This document shows, in pieces, positions 1-9,519 of a stretch of DNA of 64,000 bases. The translations under genes were made by a program, and so were the position numbers. Origin of the DNA: Candidatus Doudnabacteria bacterium. Its GTDB lineage: Bacteria > Patescibacteriota > Doudnabacteria > UBA920. Location: contig JAEUSF010000006.1 in assembly GCA_016788665.1 (NCBI GenBank), forward strand, positions 4,401-68,400, given 5' to 3'. Each line of letters begins with the position of its first letter. The stretch's first letter is position 1. A model generated the notes under the pieces. It was not told the DNA's origin. It did no database searches and worked only from the letters and a program-made list of their open reading frames with translations.

Positions 1-2
1 CC

Positions 3-704
3 AGCAAACCGTTAAGCCTAAAAGAAATTGCCAAAATTCTACAAATCCCTGAAAGCGAAGCGAAAACGGCACTTCAAGAACTTTTTACTGACCGCAAAGA
101 TTCCGGCATTGTCCTACTAGACAGCAACGACCAATACCAGCTTGCCAGCCATGCGGAAAATACTGCTATAGTTAAAAACTTTCTTAACTCAGAACTCAGG
201 GAAAAACTAACCGAAGCGACAATTGAAGTCCTAGCCATAATTGCCTACAGACAACCCGTCTCAAAAGCCGAAGTCGAAGCCATTAGAGGAGTAAATTCGC
301 AGTATTCAATAAGACATCTGCTCATGAGAGGCCTAATTGAAAAGGTTTCCAACCCTACCGACGCCAGATCTTCCTTATACAAAACCACGACCGAATTCCT
401 CCAGCATCTTGGCCTGAACTCGGTAAACGACCTACCGGAGTTTGAAAAATTAGTCGGACAAATTCAGCTACCAGAAACACCTGCGGTTGCAGAAAACCCA
501 GTTGTCCACCCCCTAGACTCTGCGAAGACAGAATTACCACCAGAAACAACAAAGCCCTATCAAAGCCAAGATTCTTTAAACACCAAACCTATAGCACAAA
601 CAAACGAAACCCCTCTGCCCTCCCCCACTCCAGAAGAACCAAAAGAAGACGAATTCGATGAGGATGACGAGGATGAAGATGAAGACGAAGATGAACAAAA
701 ATAG
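3..704 (+). CDS. scpB: segregation and condensation protein B (ScpB), 5'-truncated by window edge
   Basis: Open frame from nt 3; translation ..LSLKEIAKILQIPESEAKTALQELF..TEATIEVLAIIAYRQPVSKAEVEAIRGVNSQYSIRHLLMRGLIEKV.. matches ScpB winged-helix repeats; acidic DE-repeat C-terminal tail; track ORF 324..704 is its C-terminal part. Confidence 0.8.
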   Translation, partial: SKPLSLKEIAKILQIPESEAKTALQELFTDRKDSGIVLLDSNDQYQLASHAENTAIVKNFLNSELREKLTEATIEVLAIIAYRQPVSKAEVEAIRGVNSQYSIRHLLMRGLIEKVSNPTDARSSLYKTTTEFLQHLGLNSVNDLPEFEKLVGQIQLPETPAVAENPVVHPLDSAKTELPPETTKPYQSQDSLNTKPIAQTNETPLPSPTPEEPKEDEFDEDDEDEDEDEDEQK

Positions 705-941
705 CAAATTAAAACTCCGAAAGCAAAAGCTTTCGGAGTTTTCGATCCTAACAATTTTATACCCGCACCTTCCTACTTCCTACTTAGGCAATTCCCCATA
801 CGACTCCCTTGGGCTCGACGGAGTTTCTCGGGGTAAATCCATAAGCTCACAACCGGCGGCCACAAAAAGAAGCAGCGCAAAACTTAAAATTATTTTTTTC
901 ATAAATTGCAATATATTACCTAAAAATAACTAAACCACTTT

Positions 942-1700
942 TCAACTCTTTAAAAGCAATGCGGCCCCTACCGCACCAGCGTTTTCCAAATTGGAAACAA
1001 AAACTTTAATTTGTATATTTTTGTTTATTAGAAGCTTTTGAGCATATAAAACAGCTGCCTCTAAAAACTTTTCGTGGTTTTTTACTGAAACACTGCCCCC
1101 CATAACCACCAATTCAACATCTATTAAATTATATATATTAGCCAAAAGGACTCCAACAATTTTAGCCAGACGCTTATAGTCCGAAGAATCCCTTGCTTTC
1201 TGGTAATAATATTCAATAGTATGGTCAGCGTCCATCATAACATGTCCCACTTCGCCCGCACTCCCATGCGAGCCCAAGTATAACTCGTCCATAAAAAATA
1301 ACGCACCTCCCACACCTGTACCTAAAGTTACAGCAAAAAAATTCTTTAAACTTTTACACTGTCCCAAAACTGCCTCGGCTCTGGCAAAACACTTAGCGTC
1401 ATTATCCAACCTTACTTTATATTTTGGGAAAAGTTCTTTGAAGTTAAAATTTTCTATAAATCTCAAATTCGGTGAATGTAAAACTGTATAATTTTTACGG
1501 TCAACTATACCCGCCATACCTACCCCCAAACCTTCTATTTTCACATTTAAAGAAAGTGTTTCAACCAGTTTTAACAAGCTAGCTTTAAAGCTTGGCAAAG
1601 ACTTAGGCGTTGGGATCGTTAATGACCGCAACTGCTTTTTTCCATCAAAAAGCACGCCTGTAATTTTTGTCCCGCCTATGTCTAGTCCAATTATGTTCAT
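942..1700 (-). CDS. ROK family sugar kinase/regulator (glucokinase-like)
   Basis: N-terminal IIGLDIGGTKI ATP-binding motif, LGTGVGGA and HxxxD..GHVMMD-type ROK signatures. Confidence 0.75.
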   Translation of the reverse strand: MNIIGLDIGGTKITGVLFDGKKQLRSLTIPTPKSLPSFKASLLKLVETLSLNVKIEGLGVGMAGIVDRKNYTVLHSPNLRFIENFNFKELFPKYKVRLDNDAKCFARAEAVLGQCKSLKNFFAVTLGTGVGGALFFMDELYLGSHGSAGEVGHVMMDADHTIEYYYQKARDSSDYKRLAKIVGVLLANIYNLIDVELVVMGGSVSVKNHEKFLEAAVLYAQKLLINKNIQIKVFVSNLENAGAVGAALLLKS

Positions 1701-1763
1701 TTATTTAAATTTAGAATGCAGAATTTAAAATTTATAGTTGCCTACCATTTGTATTCTACGTTT

Positions 1764-2768
1764 CTAATCACGCATTAGCCCTTTTGCTTTTTCCCAAAAT
1801 TCCGGATGGTTTTGCTTTTGCTTCATATAGTACCACCATTCTACTCCCCATAAATACTGAGGAGAAAGCCTTGTAGTTTCTGCAACGTCGAGTATTTTTT
1901 CAAACTTTTGCATACTCATGGTTTTAAACTGTTCTTCAACAGAAGTATTAAGTATGCCTTTAGTTGTCCATGGCTCTGCCTGTAGTTCAATTATAGCAAC
2001 TTGTTTACCCGGGTTCAAAAACCTCAAAAATCCCGCCTTAACTCTATAAACCCAAAACGGAATATAGTTAACCCAGTAACGGTTAAGCTTGTCGCTAAAT
2101 ACATATCTGTACAAAGTCGTACCAAATAAGTCGCCTCTCTTTCCGGAGCTTATCCACAGGGAAAGCTCTCCGCTGTCTGTAATTAACACCGGCCTTACGG
2201 GATCCAATTTTTTTACTAAAGCAATCTCACTGTCTAAAAGACCCGGATCTGGCTTCGGGCATTCGCCAAAGCTGGCTAGAAAAGGTTCGTTCTCAACCTG
2301 CCAAATTTCAACCGCCCGACTATTTTTATACCGCAAAACCACAGTTTCCACAAAAGACAATAAAGCATTTTTTAATTGCTGTTGATTTAAGTTTTTTATC
2401 CAAGCTGGGTCATGGCATTCCGGCCATCTGGGCAAACGCCTGCCTACAGACAAAACAATGCTGGTGTCTGTTTTTTCAGCTTCTGCAATCATATAATCCA
2501 AATCATCGAAATTAAAGTTCCCAGGTTCCGGCTCAACCTTATTCCAATAAGCGGAAAGCCGAACTTTTTTCACTCCCAAATCGCCCAGCATTTGTTTGTA
2601 GACTTCTTTCCAATCCAGTCCTAAATCCATAGCTTGAACCTGGCTAAAAGTTACCCCGTACTCAATTTGTTTGTGGGATCCTGAGTTTAAATACAGTAAA
2701 AATAATAAAACAAATAATACAAACAGCCCACTTAAAATTTTGTGATTTTTTATTAATTCAAAAAACAT
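1764..2768 (-). CDS. membrane-anchored glycoside hydrolase, clan GH-A (GH5/GH113-like TIM barrel)
   Basis: N-terminal TM helix; WNKVEPEPGNFNF and catalytic-type ENEP motif; family not assignable from sequence alone. Confidence 0.55.
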   Translation of the reverse strand: MFFELIKNHKILSGLFVLFVLLFLLYLNSGSHKQIEYGVTFSQVQAMDLGLDWKEVYKQMLGDLGVKKVRLSAYWNKVEPEPGNFNFDDLDYMIAEAEKTDTSIVLSVGRRLPRWPECHDPAWIKNLNQQQLKNALLSFVETVVLRYKNSRAVEIWQVENEPFLASFGECPKPDPGLLDSEIALVKKLDPVRPVLITDSGELSLWISSGKRGDLFGTTLYRYVFSDKLNRYWVNYIPFWVYRVKAGFLRFLNPGKQVAIIELQAEPWTTKGILNTSVEEQFKTMSMQKFEKILDVAETTRLSPQYLWGVEWWYYMKQKQNHPEFWEKAKGLMRD

Positions 2769-2891
2769 AAGTAAATGAAAGTGTTAAAATCAAAATGAAA
2801 AATAACAGTTTAAAATTTTAATTTTTTAATTCTGAATTGTCATTTTGATTTTTAATATTTAATCTTTACACTATAAAATCTAACTTATCTC

Positions 2892-3776
2892 CTAAACAAA
2901 CAAAATAATAGTGCCGCCGAAAATTAAACAAATAGCCGCAAATTTCTGCCAAATTACCTTTTTATTTAATTGCTCCTGCAGCAAATGCTGATGTGTATAT
3001 GACAAAATCAGAGCAAAGAGAAATAAGAATATGTACCTAAATCCCTGTAAACCGTTTACGACAGAAATTTTTGAAAAAACAAGTAAAAAACTTAAAAACA
3101 CAAAGCTTACCCCGCCTAATATTTGCTTTAAGAAAAAAAGCAAAGATGTCTGTTTCTTTTTTTCCACATTCTTTACTCCCAATATATTTCGGCGGGCAAC
3201 TGGTAAAGCTAAAAGCAAAACCACTGGCAGAGCAGCGCCCAACCTGTTCCACATAAGGTGGTTAAGCACATTGCCGCCGGTAGCAGAATATTGCCAGACA
3301 GCATAATAAATACTCCAAAGCAAAGCGCTTAAAACCTTAAGTAGAATGTGCCTGCTTGAAAACACCTCTTTTTTATAAGCTATTAAAAAAGCTCCAGGCA
3401 ACAGCAAGCAGAGCGCGGAAAACTCTTTTATACTTAACAAATTAGCGCCAGTGAAAACAGAAACCAACAAGTCGGTTAAAGGCACTACGGCAAAAATAAA
3501 CGGCACTACGCGGCTGACCTCGCCTTCTGACACAGCTTTAAAAAACAAATACATGGCGACCGAAAAAAGCACGCCGGAAAACACGTCTAACAATATTCGG
3601 CTAAAGCCCAACGGCTCATAGACCCAAGGCCAAGCGAGGAGCAAAATAAGCCCCATAACCACCGTAAAAAAAGTGTAAGTCAACGGCCTAATCTTTCTAG
3701 CCGAAAGCAGCACCTTGTCCATGACATCAACAACGGAGGAAATGAGATAGAAAAAAATTATTAATAAATATGTCAT
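2892..3776 (-). CDS. polytopic membrane protein (possibly DMT/EamA-like), function unknown
   Basis: 294-aa ORF with about 9 hydrophobic helices; no diagnostic motif. Confidence 0.4.
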   Translation of the reverse strand: MTYLLIIFFYLISSVVDVMDKVLLSARKIRPLTYTFFTVVMGLILLLAWPWVYEPLGFSRILLDVFSGVLFSVAMYLFFKAVSEGEVSRVVPFIFAVVPLTDLLVSVFTGANLLSIKEFSALCLLLPGAFLIAYKKEVFSSRHILLKVLSALLWSIYYAVWQYSATGGNVLNHLMWNRLGAALPVVLLLALPVARRNILGVKNVEKKKQTSLLFFLKQILGGVSFVFLSFLLVFSKISVVNGLQGFRYIFLFLFALILSYTHQHLLQEQLNKKVIWQKFAAICLIFGGTIILFV

Positions 3777-3858
3777 CTTGTTATACTGGAAATGTTATTG
3801 TGATTATCCGATCCGGATATACTAACACCATCCAGATCTGCAGATAAATACAGATACT

Positions 3859-4233
3859 TTATTTTCTTGTTTCTCTTAAAACTCTATGCGGTTTTATATA
3901 CCTATCTCTAAAATTATAAATAATACCCAACTCCAAATTTAAGGCTTGTAAGTATACCTGGGTCTGATAATAATCCTGTTTGATTATAAAAGGCTTAGCT
4001 TTCATTTCTAGCACAATTTTATCAAAAACTAAAAAGTCCAGTTTATTACCCGTATCTCCCACTATTAACTCCCTCTTATAAACAATATTTTTATTTTTTA
4101 GAGCCTTTTCATAAGCATCGCAATATTGTTTCTCCCTTCCAAACCGGCTTATTTGATTCTGCACATTAAAAGCAATCCCATTTAAAATGTAACTCTCTTC
4201 TTCAAACAATAACTTATTGTTACTATTTAACAT
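3859..4233 (-). CDS. GxxExxY family protein (PD-(D/E)xK-like fold)
   Basis: EEESYILNGIAFNVQNQISRFG..DFLVFDKIVLEMKAK..LGIIYNF matches GxxExxY family; start moved to internal ATG (MLNSNNKLL) to remove the 70-nt overlap with the bgl stop and match the usual ~125-aa family length. Confidence 0.6.
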   Translation of the reverse strand: MLNSNNKLLFEEESYILNGIAFNVQNQISRFGREKQYCDAYEKALKNKNIVYKRELIVGDTGNKLDFLVFDKIVLEMKAKPFIIKQDYYQTQVYLQALNLELGIIYNFRDRYIKPHRVLRETRK

Positions 4234-4285
4234 ATGTTTATCGGATAAGTAGTCATCCGCAGATCCGGATTGCAGTATCCGTATA

Positions 4286-5530
4286 TCAGGATCGGTGTGC
4301 GGACAAAGAAGCATCGGGTTCGTAAACCATCTCATTACTTCCGCATATTTCTCCAAACTTTAAAGCACTATAACGTACTTTACGCTTTAAAAGACCTTCG
4401 CGGTCTATTTCTACAAGCCCAAAACGTGGACCAAACCCCATGAGCCACTCGAAGTTGTCGGTCAGGCTCCAGTACAAATAGCCTTTTACATTTACTCCCT
4501 GTTTAATGGCTTTGTGAACAAAATACAAATGGTCCTTTATAAACTTTTCTCGCTTTTTGTCATGCCTGTCTGCTATGCCATTCTCGGTTATGTAAACAGG
4601 TTTCTTATATTTTTTTAACGACAAAAGTACTCTTTCTAAACCTTCCGGATGTATACCCCAACCCAAGTCCGTCTGCTCGTGACCCGAATGGCTTTTGCGT
4701 CTTTTTCCAAGCCAACCCACATGGTGATGAAAATAATAATTGACTCCGACAAAATCACAAAAGTCTATGGTACGGTTTAAAATGTATTCGTTAGCCAAAT
4801 AATGCGCCAAGTATGTAATTGGCTCGCTAAAAATATTTACCGCTTGAATATCGGACAGGTGAAAAGCCATACTAACAGGCTTTTGAGAATGCATCCTGAG
4901 TATTTTATAAGACCGGTTGTGTGCAGAAATTAAATTCTGTAAAACTCTAAAAGATTTAAAAAAACTTTTTTCCTGAGGCGGATACAAACCCAAAAAATAC
5001 GAGAAAGAAACATAAACTTCAGGCTCGTTAAATGTCAGCCAAAAATCCACCTCTTCGCCAAATCTTTTGGCTATCACTTCAACATAGCGTAAGAAAAATT
5101 GAATATTTTCTTTTTTCTCAAACGCCCTTTTTTCAGCAAACCAAACCGGATTAGTATAATGGTGCAAAGTTAAAAATACTTTCAGTCCATTAAACCTGGC
5201 GGACTGAAGCATTTTTTCGTAATGGTCTAAAACATGTTGGTCAAACTCCCCTTCTTTGGGCTCTACCCGTGCCCACTCTATGCCAATGCGAATAGAGTTA
5301 TGGTTTAAACTTTTTGCTAACGCAAAATCTTCTTCGTAACGGTTATAAAAGTCACAAGCTTGTCCGGACATAAAATCTTCAGGTTTCTTACCCGCAGACT
5401 CAAGTACCCCTTGGCGCCCCAAACTTTTTTCCCACTTATACCAATCACTGTAAATATTACCCCCTTCGGTTTGGTAAGCGCTATTTGCCGTGCCCCACAA
5501 AAATCCTTGGGGAAATTTTAATTTTTGCAT
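4286..5530 (-). CDS. GH1 family beta-glucosidase
   Basis: FPQGFLWGTANSAYQTEGG N-terminus, catalytic TFNEP and ITENG motifs of glycoside hydrolase family 1. Confidence 0.9.
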   Translation of the reverse strand: MQKLKFPQGFLWGTANSAYQTEGGNIYSDWYKWEKSLGRQGVLESAGKKPEDFMSGQACDFYNRYEEDFALAKSLNHNSIRIGIEWARVEPKEGEFDQHVLDHYEKMLQSARFNGLKVFLTLHHYTNPVWFAEKRAFEKKENIQFFLRYVEVIAKRFGEEVDFWLTFNEPEVYVSFSYFLGLYPPQEKSFFKSFRVLQNLISAHNRSYKILRMHSQKPVSMAFHLSDIQAVNIFSEPITYLAHYLANEYILNRTIDFCDFVGVNYYFHHHVGWLGKRRKSHSGHEQTDLGWGIHPEGLERVLLSLKKYKKPVYITENGIADRHDKKREKFIKDHLYFVHKAIKQGVNVKGYLYWSLTDNFEWLMGFGPRFGLVEIDREGLLKRKVRYSALKFGEICGSNEMVYEPDASLSAHRS

Positions 5531-5618
5531 GAAAGATTTTTTATTTGTGTTTCAACTTCCAGAGCTCACATTTATCTAAATAATTATACAATAAATCTTT
5601 TATATTTACTAATTTTTA

Positions 5619-5647
5619 TTGACAAAAAATAGTATTTAAGGTATAAT
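5619..5647 (+). promoter_or_regulatory. consensus sigma70 promoter TTGACA-17-TATAAT, followed by AAGGAGG SD at 5685-5691
   Basis: Read directly: TTGACA 5619-5624, 17-nt spacer, TATAAT 5642-5647; drives the GC-rich ORF at 5700. Confidence 0.6.
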
Positions 5648-5699
5648 TTGCAGGCGCTTTTTTCACGATGCGCATACTTCAAATAAGGAGGCACACCAG

Positions 5700-6230
5700 A
5701 TGCCTAAGTACAATATTGTTTCGCCCGAGAACCCCGACTGGTTTGTCAGGAGGGTAAACAGTCAACAGGCCGTTGTTAGGGCTAAGCTGCGGCTGGACGT
5801 GGAAACCGGAAATGTGGACTACGAGTTTCGCATGTACTACCTCTACCAAGGCAAGCTGTACGAAACTACGTTTGCCACCTGGGAGCAAAAGTCAGGTGGC
5901 CTGCCAGGTACGGCTACCACTTACTTTAACTTCCGCCAACCCAGCCACATCACACTGCCCGCCGCCGCAGAATTTGTTACCAACTTTTGGCAAGGCGTCC
6001 ATAACACACTATGGATGTACGACGCGGAAACTATTACCATCGACAACAAAGGACCGAACGGCTCCTACCGAGTACTCGAAGGCGAAGAGAAAAACCTTGT
6101 GCTTTCGAGCCTGCTAAGAGGGCTTGTGAACGAACTCCGACTGCTGCTGCACATGTCGGACAACGACATGCACAAGCATTGCTACCAATACGCAAAGCAG
6201 GTGGCCGAAAGCTGCCTTGCCAACCTCTAG
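5700..6230 (+). CDS. hypothetical protein, GC-rich foreign-looking gene (no signal peptide)
   Basis: 176-aa ORF with markedly higher GC than flanks, perfect SD and promoter; no recognisable domain. Confidence 0.6.
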   Translation: MPKYNIVSPENPDWFVRRVNSQQAVVRAKLRLDVETGNVDYEFRMYYLYQGKLYETTFATWEQKSGGLPGTATTYFNFRQPSHITLPAAAEFVTNFWQGVHNTLWMYDAETITIDNKGPNGSYRVLEGEEKNLVLSSLLRGLVNELRLLLHMSDNDMHKHCYQYAKQVAESCLANL

Positions 6231-6459
6231 CCTACACAAACAACGTCCGACTGTAAAAATTTTAAAACTTTAATCTGGTATTAATATAAACTATTTTTAA
6301 AAGAAAAAAGATTCAACGAAGACCCGCGTGCGCCAAATATATCTGCCGCGGGTCTTCTTCACACCTAGAGTTGAAAAAAAACCCTTAAAATGCTAAACTT
6401 TCAAAAGTTAACTACTGTATACAATTTGAAATTTGATATTTAAACTTTGATATTTCTAT

Positions 6460-6534
6460 GGCGCTATCGTCTAATGGTTAGGACAGGTGGTTCTCATCCA
6501 CCAAATCGGGGTTCGATTCCCCGTAGCGCTACCA
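6460..6534 (+). tRNA. tRNA-Glu (anticodon CUC)
   Basis: Cloverleaf folded by hand: acceptor GGCGCTA/TAGCGCT (G1-U72 wobble), D arm GTC..GAC, anticodon stem GGTGG/CCACC with loop TTCTCAT, T arm CGGGG-TTCGATT-CCCCG, encoded CCA. Confidence 0.8.
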
Positions 6535-6540
6535 ATTTTA

Positions 6541-6570
6541 AAAACCCAACCATAAGGTTGGGTTTTTAAA
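6541..6570 (+). terminator. rho-independent terminator after tRNA-Glu
   Basis: AAAACCCAACC-ATAA-GGTTGGGTTTTT hairpin plus T-run. Confidence 0.7.
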
Positions 6571-6666
6571 ATTGTCCCGAGCGAAGTCGAGGGGCACTAA
6601 ATTTGTTCCGAGCGCAGGCCCGCTCTGCGGGCTGTAGTCGAGAGACACAAATGTTATAATATAGAC

Positions 6667-6921
6667 ATGTTTTACTTTTATCTACTCCGCACTCCCAACA
6701 ACACCCTGTACACCGGCGTCACAAGTAATCTTAGAGACCGAGAAAACCGTCACAACACTGGCCGCGGTTCAATTTGGACAACTACGCACCACGGCGGAAA
6801 AATTGTCTACACCGAAACTTTTCCTACTTTATCTAAAGCCCGCCTCCGAGAAACCCAAGTCAAAAAATGGTCTCGGGTTAAAAAAGAAAATTTGATCAAA
6901 ATGTCAAAAGTCAAGACTTGA
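6667..6921 (+). CDS. GIY-YIG nuclease family protein (small, UPF0213-like)
   Basis: FYFYLLR..NTLYTGVTSNLRDRENRHN..KIVYTETF..SKARLRETQVKKWSRVKK matches GIY-YIG catalytic module; TATAAT 7 nt upstream of the ATG and no SD, suggesting a leaderless or very short leader. Confidence 0.8.
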   Translation: MFYFYLLRTPNNTLYTGVTSNLRDRENRHNTGRGSIWTTTHHGGKIVYTETFPTLSKARLRETQVKKWSRVKKENLIKMSKVKT

Positions 6922-7107
6922 TCCCCTGTACTCTACTTTACCAAAGCAAGAAAAGTTTTCCATCCCAACTTCGCTAAAGCTTCTTCGGGCAAGCTGTCTC
7001 GACTTGGTCTAAAATGCTTCACCCTCGTGGCGGAGCTTTTCTTTCGTTAACAAAGATCATCTTTGTTTAAAAATAAAAAAAGCCGCAAAGTTCGCGACTT
7101 AACAAAG

Positions 7108-7572
7108 TTAGTCCGTTAAGGACTCCACAATCCCGCCTATAACCGCTCCGCAAGCTTCCAAGGCCGCATCCACCGCTACCTCAAAAACTGTTTCAGCAAC
7201 AGCCCCAGCAAGGCTCCATCCGGCTTCGCCCAAATCGGTACCGGTTACGGTAGATGGGTTTACAACCGGCGCAACTGCCGGCAAGGCACTTAAGGCTTTA
7301 CCGACTGCCTTTTTCGGCAGTTTTTTTGCTACCCGAATTTTGAGACTTCCCTTCTTTTTTTGCAGGGTCCCCTCCTTTTCAGCAGTATTATATTTTAAAA
7401 CAGGGCTTTGTTCAAGCCTAATATAATTTAACAAATTCCAGTAAATAAAAAACCAAGACTTGTTTAAGTTCTTGGTAAAGAAATTTCCGACTCGAGTATC
7501 ACAAGCACCTTTTTCAGGTACTGGTGGTCTGGGTAGTCTGCCGACAACAGTTTCAGCAAAGGAGCCACCCAC
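7108..7572 (-). CDS. hypothetical Ala/Val/Gly-rich protein, GC-rich; true start unresolved
   Basis: Track ORF starts at GTG; an internal TATAAT plus AAGGAGGGG precedes an in-frame CTG at about 7360, with no ATG; overlaps the upstream ORF in another frame. Confidence 0.3.
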   Translation of the reverse strand: MGGSFAETVVGRLPRPPVPEKGACDTRVGNFFTKNLNKSWFFIYWNLLNYIRLEQSPVLKYNTAEKEGTLQKKKGSLKIRVAKKLPKKAVGKALSALPAVAPVVNPSTVTGTDLGEAGWSLAGAVAETVFEVAVDAALEACGAVIGGIVESLTD

Positions 7573-8039
7573 GGGTTCAGGCTTTCGGCCAGAATCTGAC
7601 GAAGGTCAGCTTCGTCCAGCATACAGCCCAGGACCGCCAAAGCAATAGCGGCCGCCTCGTCCAGGTCCGGACAGTAGCTTGCAACTGCCAGCGCAATGGG
7701 CGCACCGAGGTGCACAAAAAATATGCCGCCCGCCGGAGTGTATGCACAAAGGCTTGTACACTGATTTTGGTTCTCTGCAACTGCAGCTACCCTCCACTTT
7801 GCAGACCCGCTCCAGAGCTGGAGGTCGACGAAGGACCATTTACACTCTGGCGCCATTAAAAGCTCATTTAGCAATGGCGGAGCGTACTTCAACCGGTCCC
7901 TGCTTTCACCTCCGGCCGAAACAAGAGTTACGACGCATCCTCTAAAAGGCCTTTTGCGGCCTTCGTTGAATGCGTCGCCGGCTAGCGCCTTTATGACTGA
8001 GCGCGCGTAGTTCCGAGTTCTTCCAGAAAGGGACGCCAT
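7464..8039 (-). CDS. hypothetical protein, GC-rich foreign-looking gene
   Basis: 191-aa ORF with GGAGG 7 nt upstream of the ATG at 8039; no recognisable domain. Confidence 0.45.
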   Translation of the reverse strand: MASLSGRTRNYARSVIKALAGDAFNEGRKRPFRGCVVTLVSAGGESRDRLKYAPPLLNELLMAPECKWSFVDLQLWSGSAKWRVAAVAENQNQCTSLCAYTPAGGIFFVHLGAPIALAVASYCPDLDEAAAIALAVLGCMLDEADLRQILAESLNPWVAPLLKLLSADYPDHQYLKKVLVILESEISLPRT

Positions 8040-8115
8040 TTTCGCCCCTCCTTCCTTATTTTGAAATACATTATAATATAGTAATCAAGCTATGTCTATA
8101 AACTAAAAAACCCTT

Positions 8116-8469
8116 ATGAATTTAAAGCCAACCAGTTACCCCAAAGAAAACGAACTGCCGAAACTTGTTAGAGACAACATACCAACCCTGTACCAAAAAC
8201 GAGCTGGCAAAATTGCACAAACTAGAATTGCCAAAAGTGACACTGAGTACTTAAAATACCTGCTAAAAAAAGTTACTGAAGAGGCCACAGAAGTTAAACA
8301 CTCGCTTAAGCACAATAACCTGCTGGAAGAAATAGCTGACGTTTACGAAGTTATAGAGGCTATACTTAAACTAAAGGGCTGGTCTTTAAAAGATGTAAAA
8401 AAGATACAGAATTCAAAACGAGAAAAAAATGGCGGGTTTAACAAACGCATAATTCTGCTCACCAAATAA
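8116..8469 (+). CDS. MazG/HisE-like nucleotide pyrophosphohydrolase family protein
   Basis: LVRDNIP...EYLKYLLKKVTEEATEV...LLEEIADVYEVIEAIL..GWSLKDV...REKNGGFNKRIIL matches the small all-alpha NTP-PPase family. Confidence 0.6.
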   Translation: MNLKPTSYPKENELPKLVRDNIPTLYQKRAGKIAQTRIAKSDTEYLKYLLKKVTEEATEVKHSLKHNNLLEEIADVYEVIEAILKLKGWSLKDVKKIQNSKREKNGGFNKRIILLTK

Positions 8470-8517
8470 AATATGGTATAATATATTTATATTAAAAAGT
8501 AAAAAGAAACTAAAAAT

Positions 8518-8994
8518 ATGAACAAGAAAGTCGCAGCTTTGCTTTCAGGCGTTTTCGCATTAAGCATGGCTATGCCTGCCTTTGCAGCCGAAGGCATGTT
8601 AAGAACAAACAGTATGAGAGTAGCCTCCTCCTCTCCAACTACAGTAGACCAAACTCAAGCAATAGCCTGCGTAGGAGCCGCCGTTAGCACCCGAGAAGCA
8701 GCTTTAGCTTCAGCCTTCTCTACGCACAGCCAAAGTCTTCAAACAGCCTATACTAACAGAGCTTCCGCTTTAGCCGCCGCTTACAAAAAAACTACCACCA
8801 AAGAAGTTAAAGCAGACGTAAAAGCTGCTTGGTCTGCGTTTACCAAAGCAAAGAGAGAAGCTTCCTCTGCTTGGGTTAAGTCTAAGAACACAGCTTGGAC
8901 AAGCTTTAAAACCTCTGTTAGAGCCTGCAAGTCATCTGTAGCAAACTCTGTCTCTGACTCAGGCAATTCTTCTTCTGAAGCCCAAGGTCAATAA
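8518..8994 (+). CDS. secreted Ala/Ser/Thr-rich protein, unknown function
   Basis: Signal peptide MNKKVAALLSGVFALSMAMPAFAA; low-complexity mature region; followed by hairpin terminator 9008-9036. Confidence 0.6.
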   Translation: MNKKVAALLSGVFALSMAMPAFAAEGMLRTNSMRVASSSPTTVDQTQAIACVGAAVSTREAALASAFSTHSQSLQTAYTNRASALAAAYKKTTTKEVKADVKAAWSAFTKAKREASSAWVKSKNTAWTSFKTSVRACKSSVANSVSDSGNSSSEAQGQ

Positions 8995-9062
8995 AACTTT
9001 AAAAAACCCGTCACTTCAAAGTGACGGGTTTTTTGTAAGTAAAAAAAAGCTTCCTAATAGCT

Positions 9063-9428
9063 TTAGGAAGCAGAAGCGACTTTAACGCTTGGGTGAATGT
9101 TTTGCTGCTCAATTATCCACAAAAGAGAAGTAATAAGGGCATCCAAGCCTGTTACCGCACAGACCCCCCTCACATGTTCACCTACAGTTTCGTAAGCAAA
9201 ATACAGCGCTCTGGCTTGGTTTATGTCCAAAGCCAAAGCATCGGCGACATTCAGCCCCGGGTCCACACCTTCGCAGACTACCACTTGCACAGTATTCCAA
9301 AAAAAACTACTCCAGTCCCCTGTGTGATTGTGTGCAAATACACACTCTACTCCTCTAAAAGCGGAAAAAATCTCGCTCCACAATTTCTTCTCTGCGTCCA
9401 AACTCAGGCCCACAATCGCGATTTTCAT
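9063..9428 (-). CDS. hypothetical protein
   Basis: Start moved to MKIAIVG with GGAGGA SD 6 nt upstream; no confident family assignment. Confidence 0.45.
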   Translation of the reverse strand: MKIAIVGLSLDAEKKLWSEIFSAFRGVECVFAHNHTGDWSSFFWNTVQVVVCEGVDPGLNVADALALDINQARALYFAYETVGEHVRGVCAVTGLDALITSLLWIIEQQNIHPSVKVASAS

Positions 9429-9519
9429 ATTCCTCCGCTCAGGAGGAGATAATACCCTAACTTTACGAATTATGTCAACTAAATATTCCAAATAAAAAAG
9501 CGCTGGCAAAAGCCAAACG

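Noticed and set aside
658-933. Track ORF 658..933 (+), overlapping the scpB 3' end
   Set aside because: Out of frame with scpB in an intergenic AT-rich stretch; no SD; Lys-rich low-complexity translation of the acidic-tail codons in another frame.
5773-6256. Alternative-frame and antisense ORFs inside GC-rich genes (e.g. 5773..6117, 6011..6256, 7524..7859, 10058..10417, 27943..28239, 28549..28854, 31751..31963)
   Set aside because: All lie inside better-supported SD-preceded genes; GC-rich DNA yields long stop-free frames by chance.
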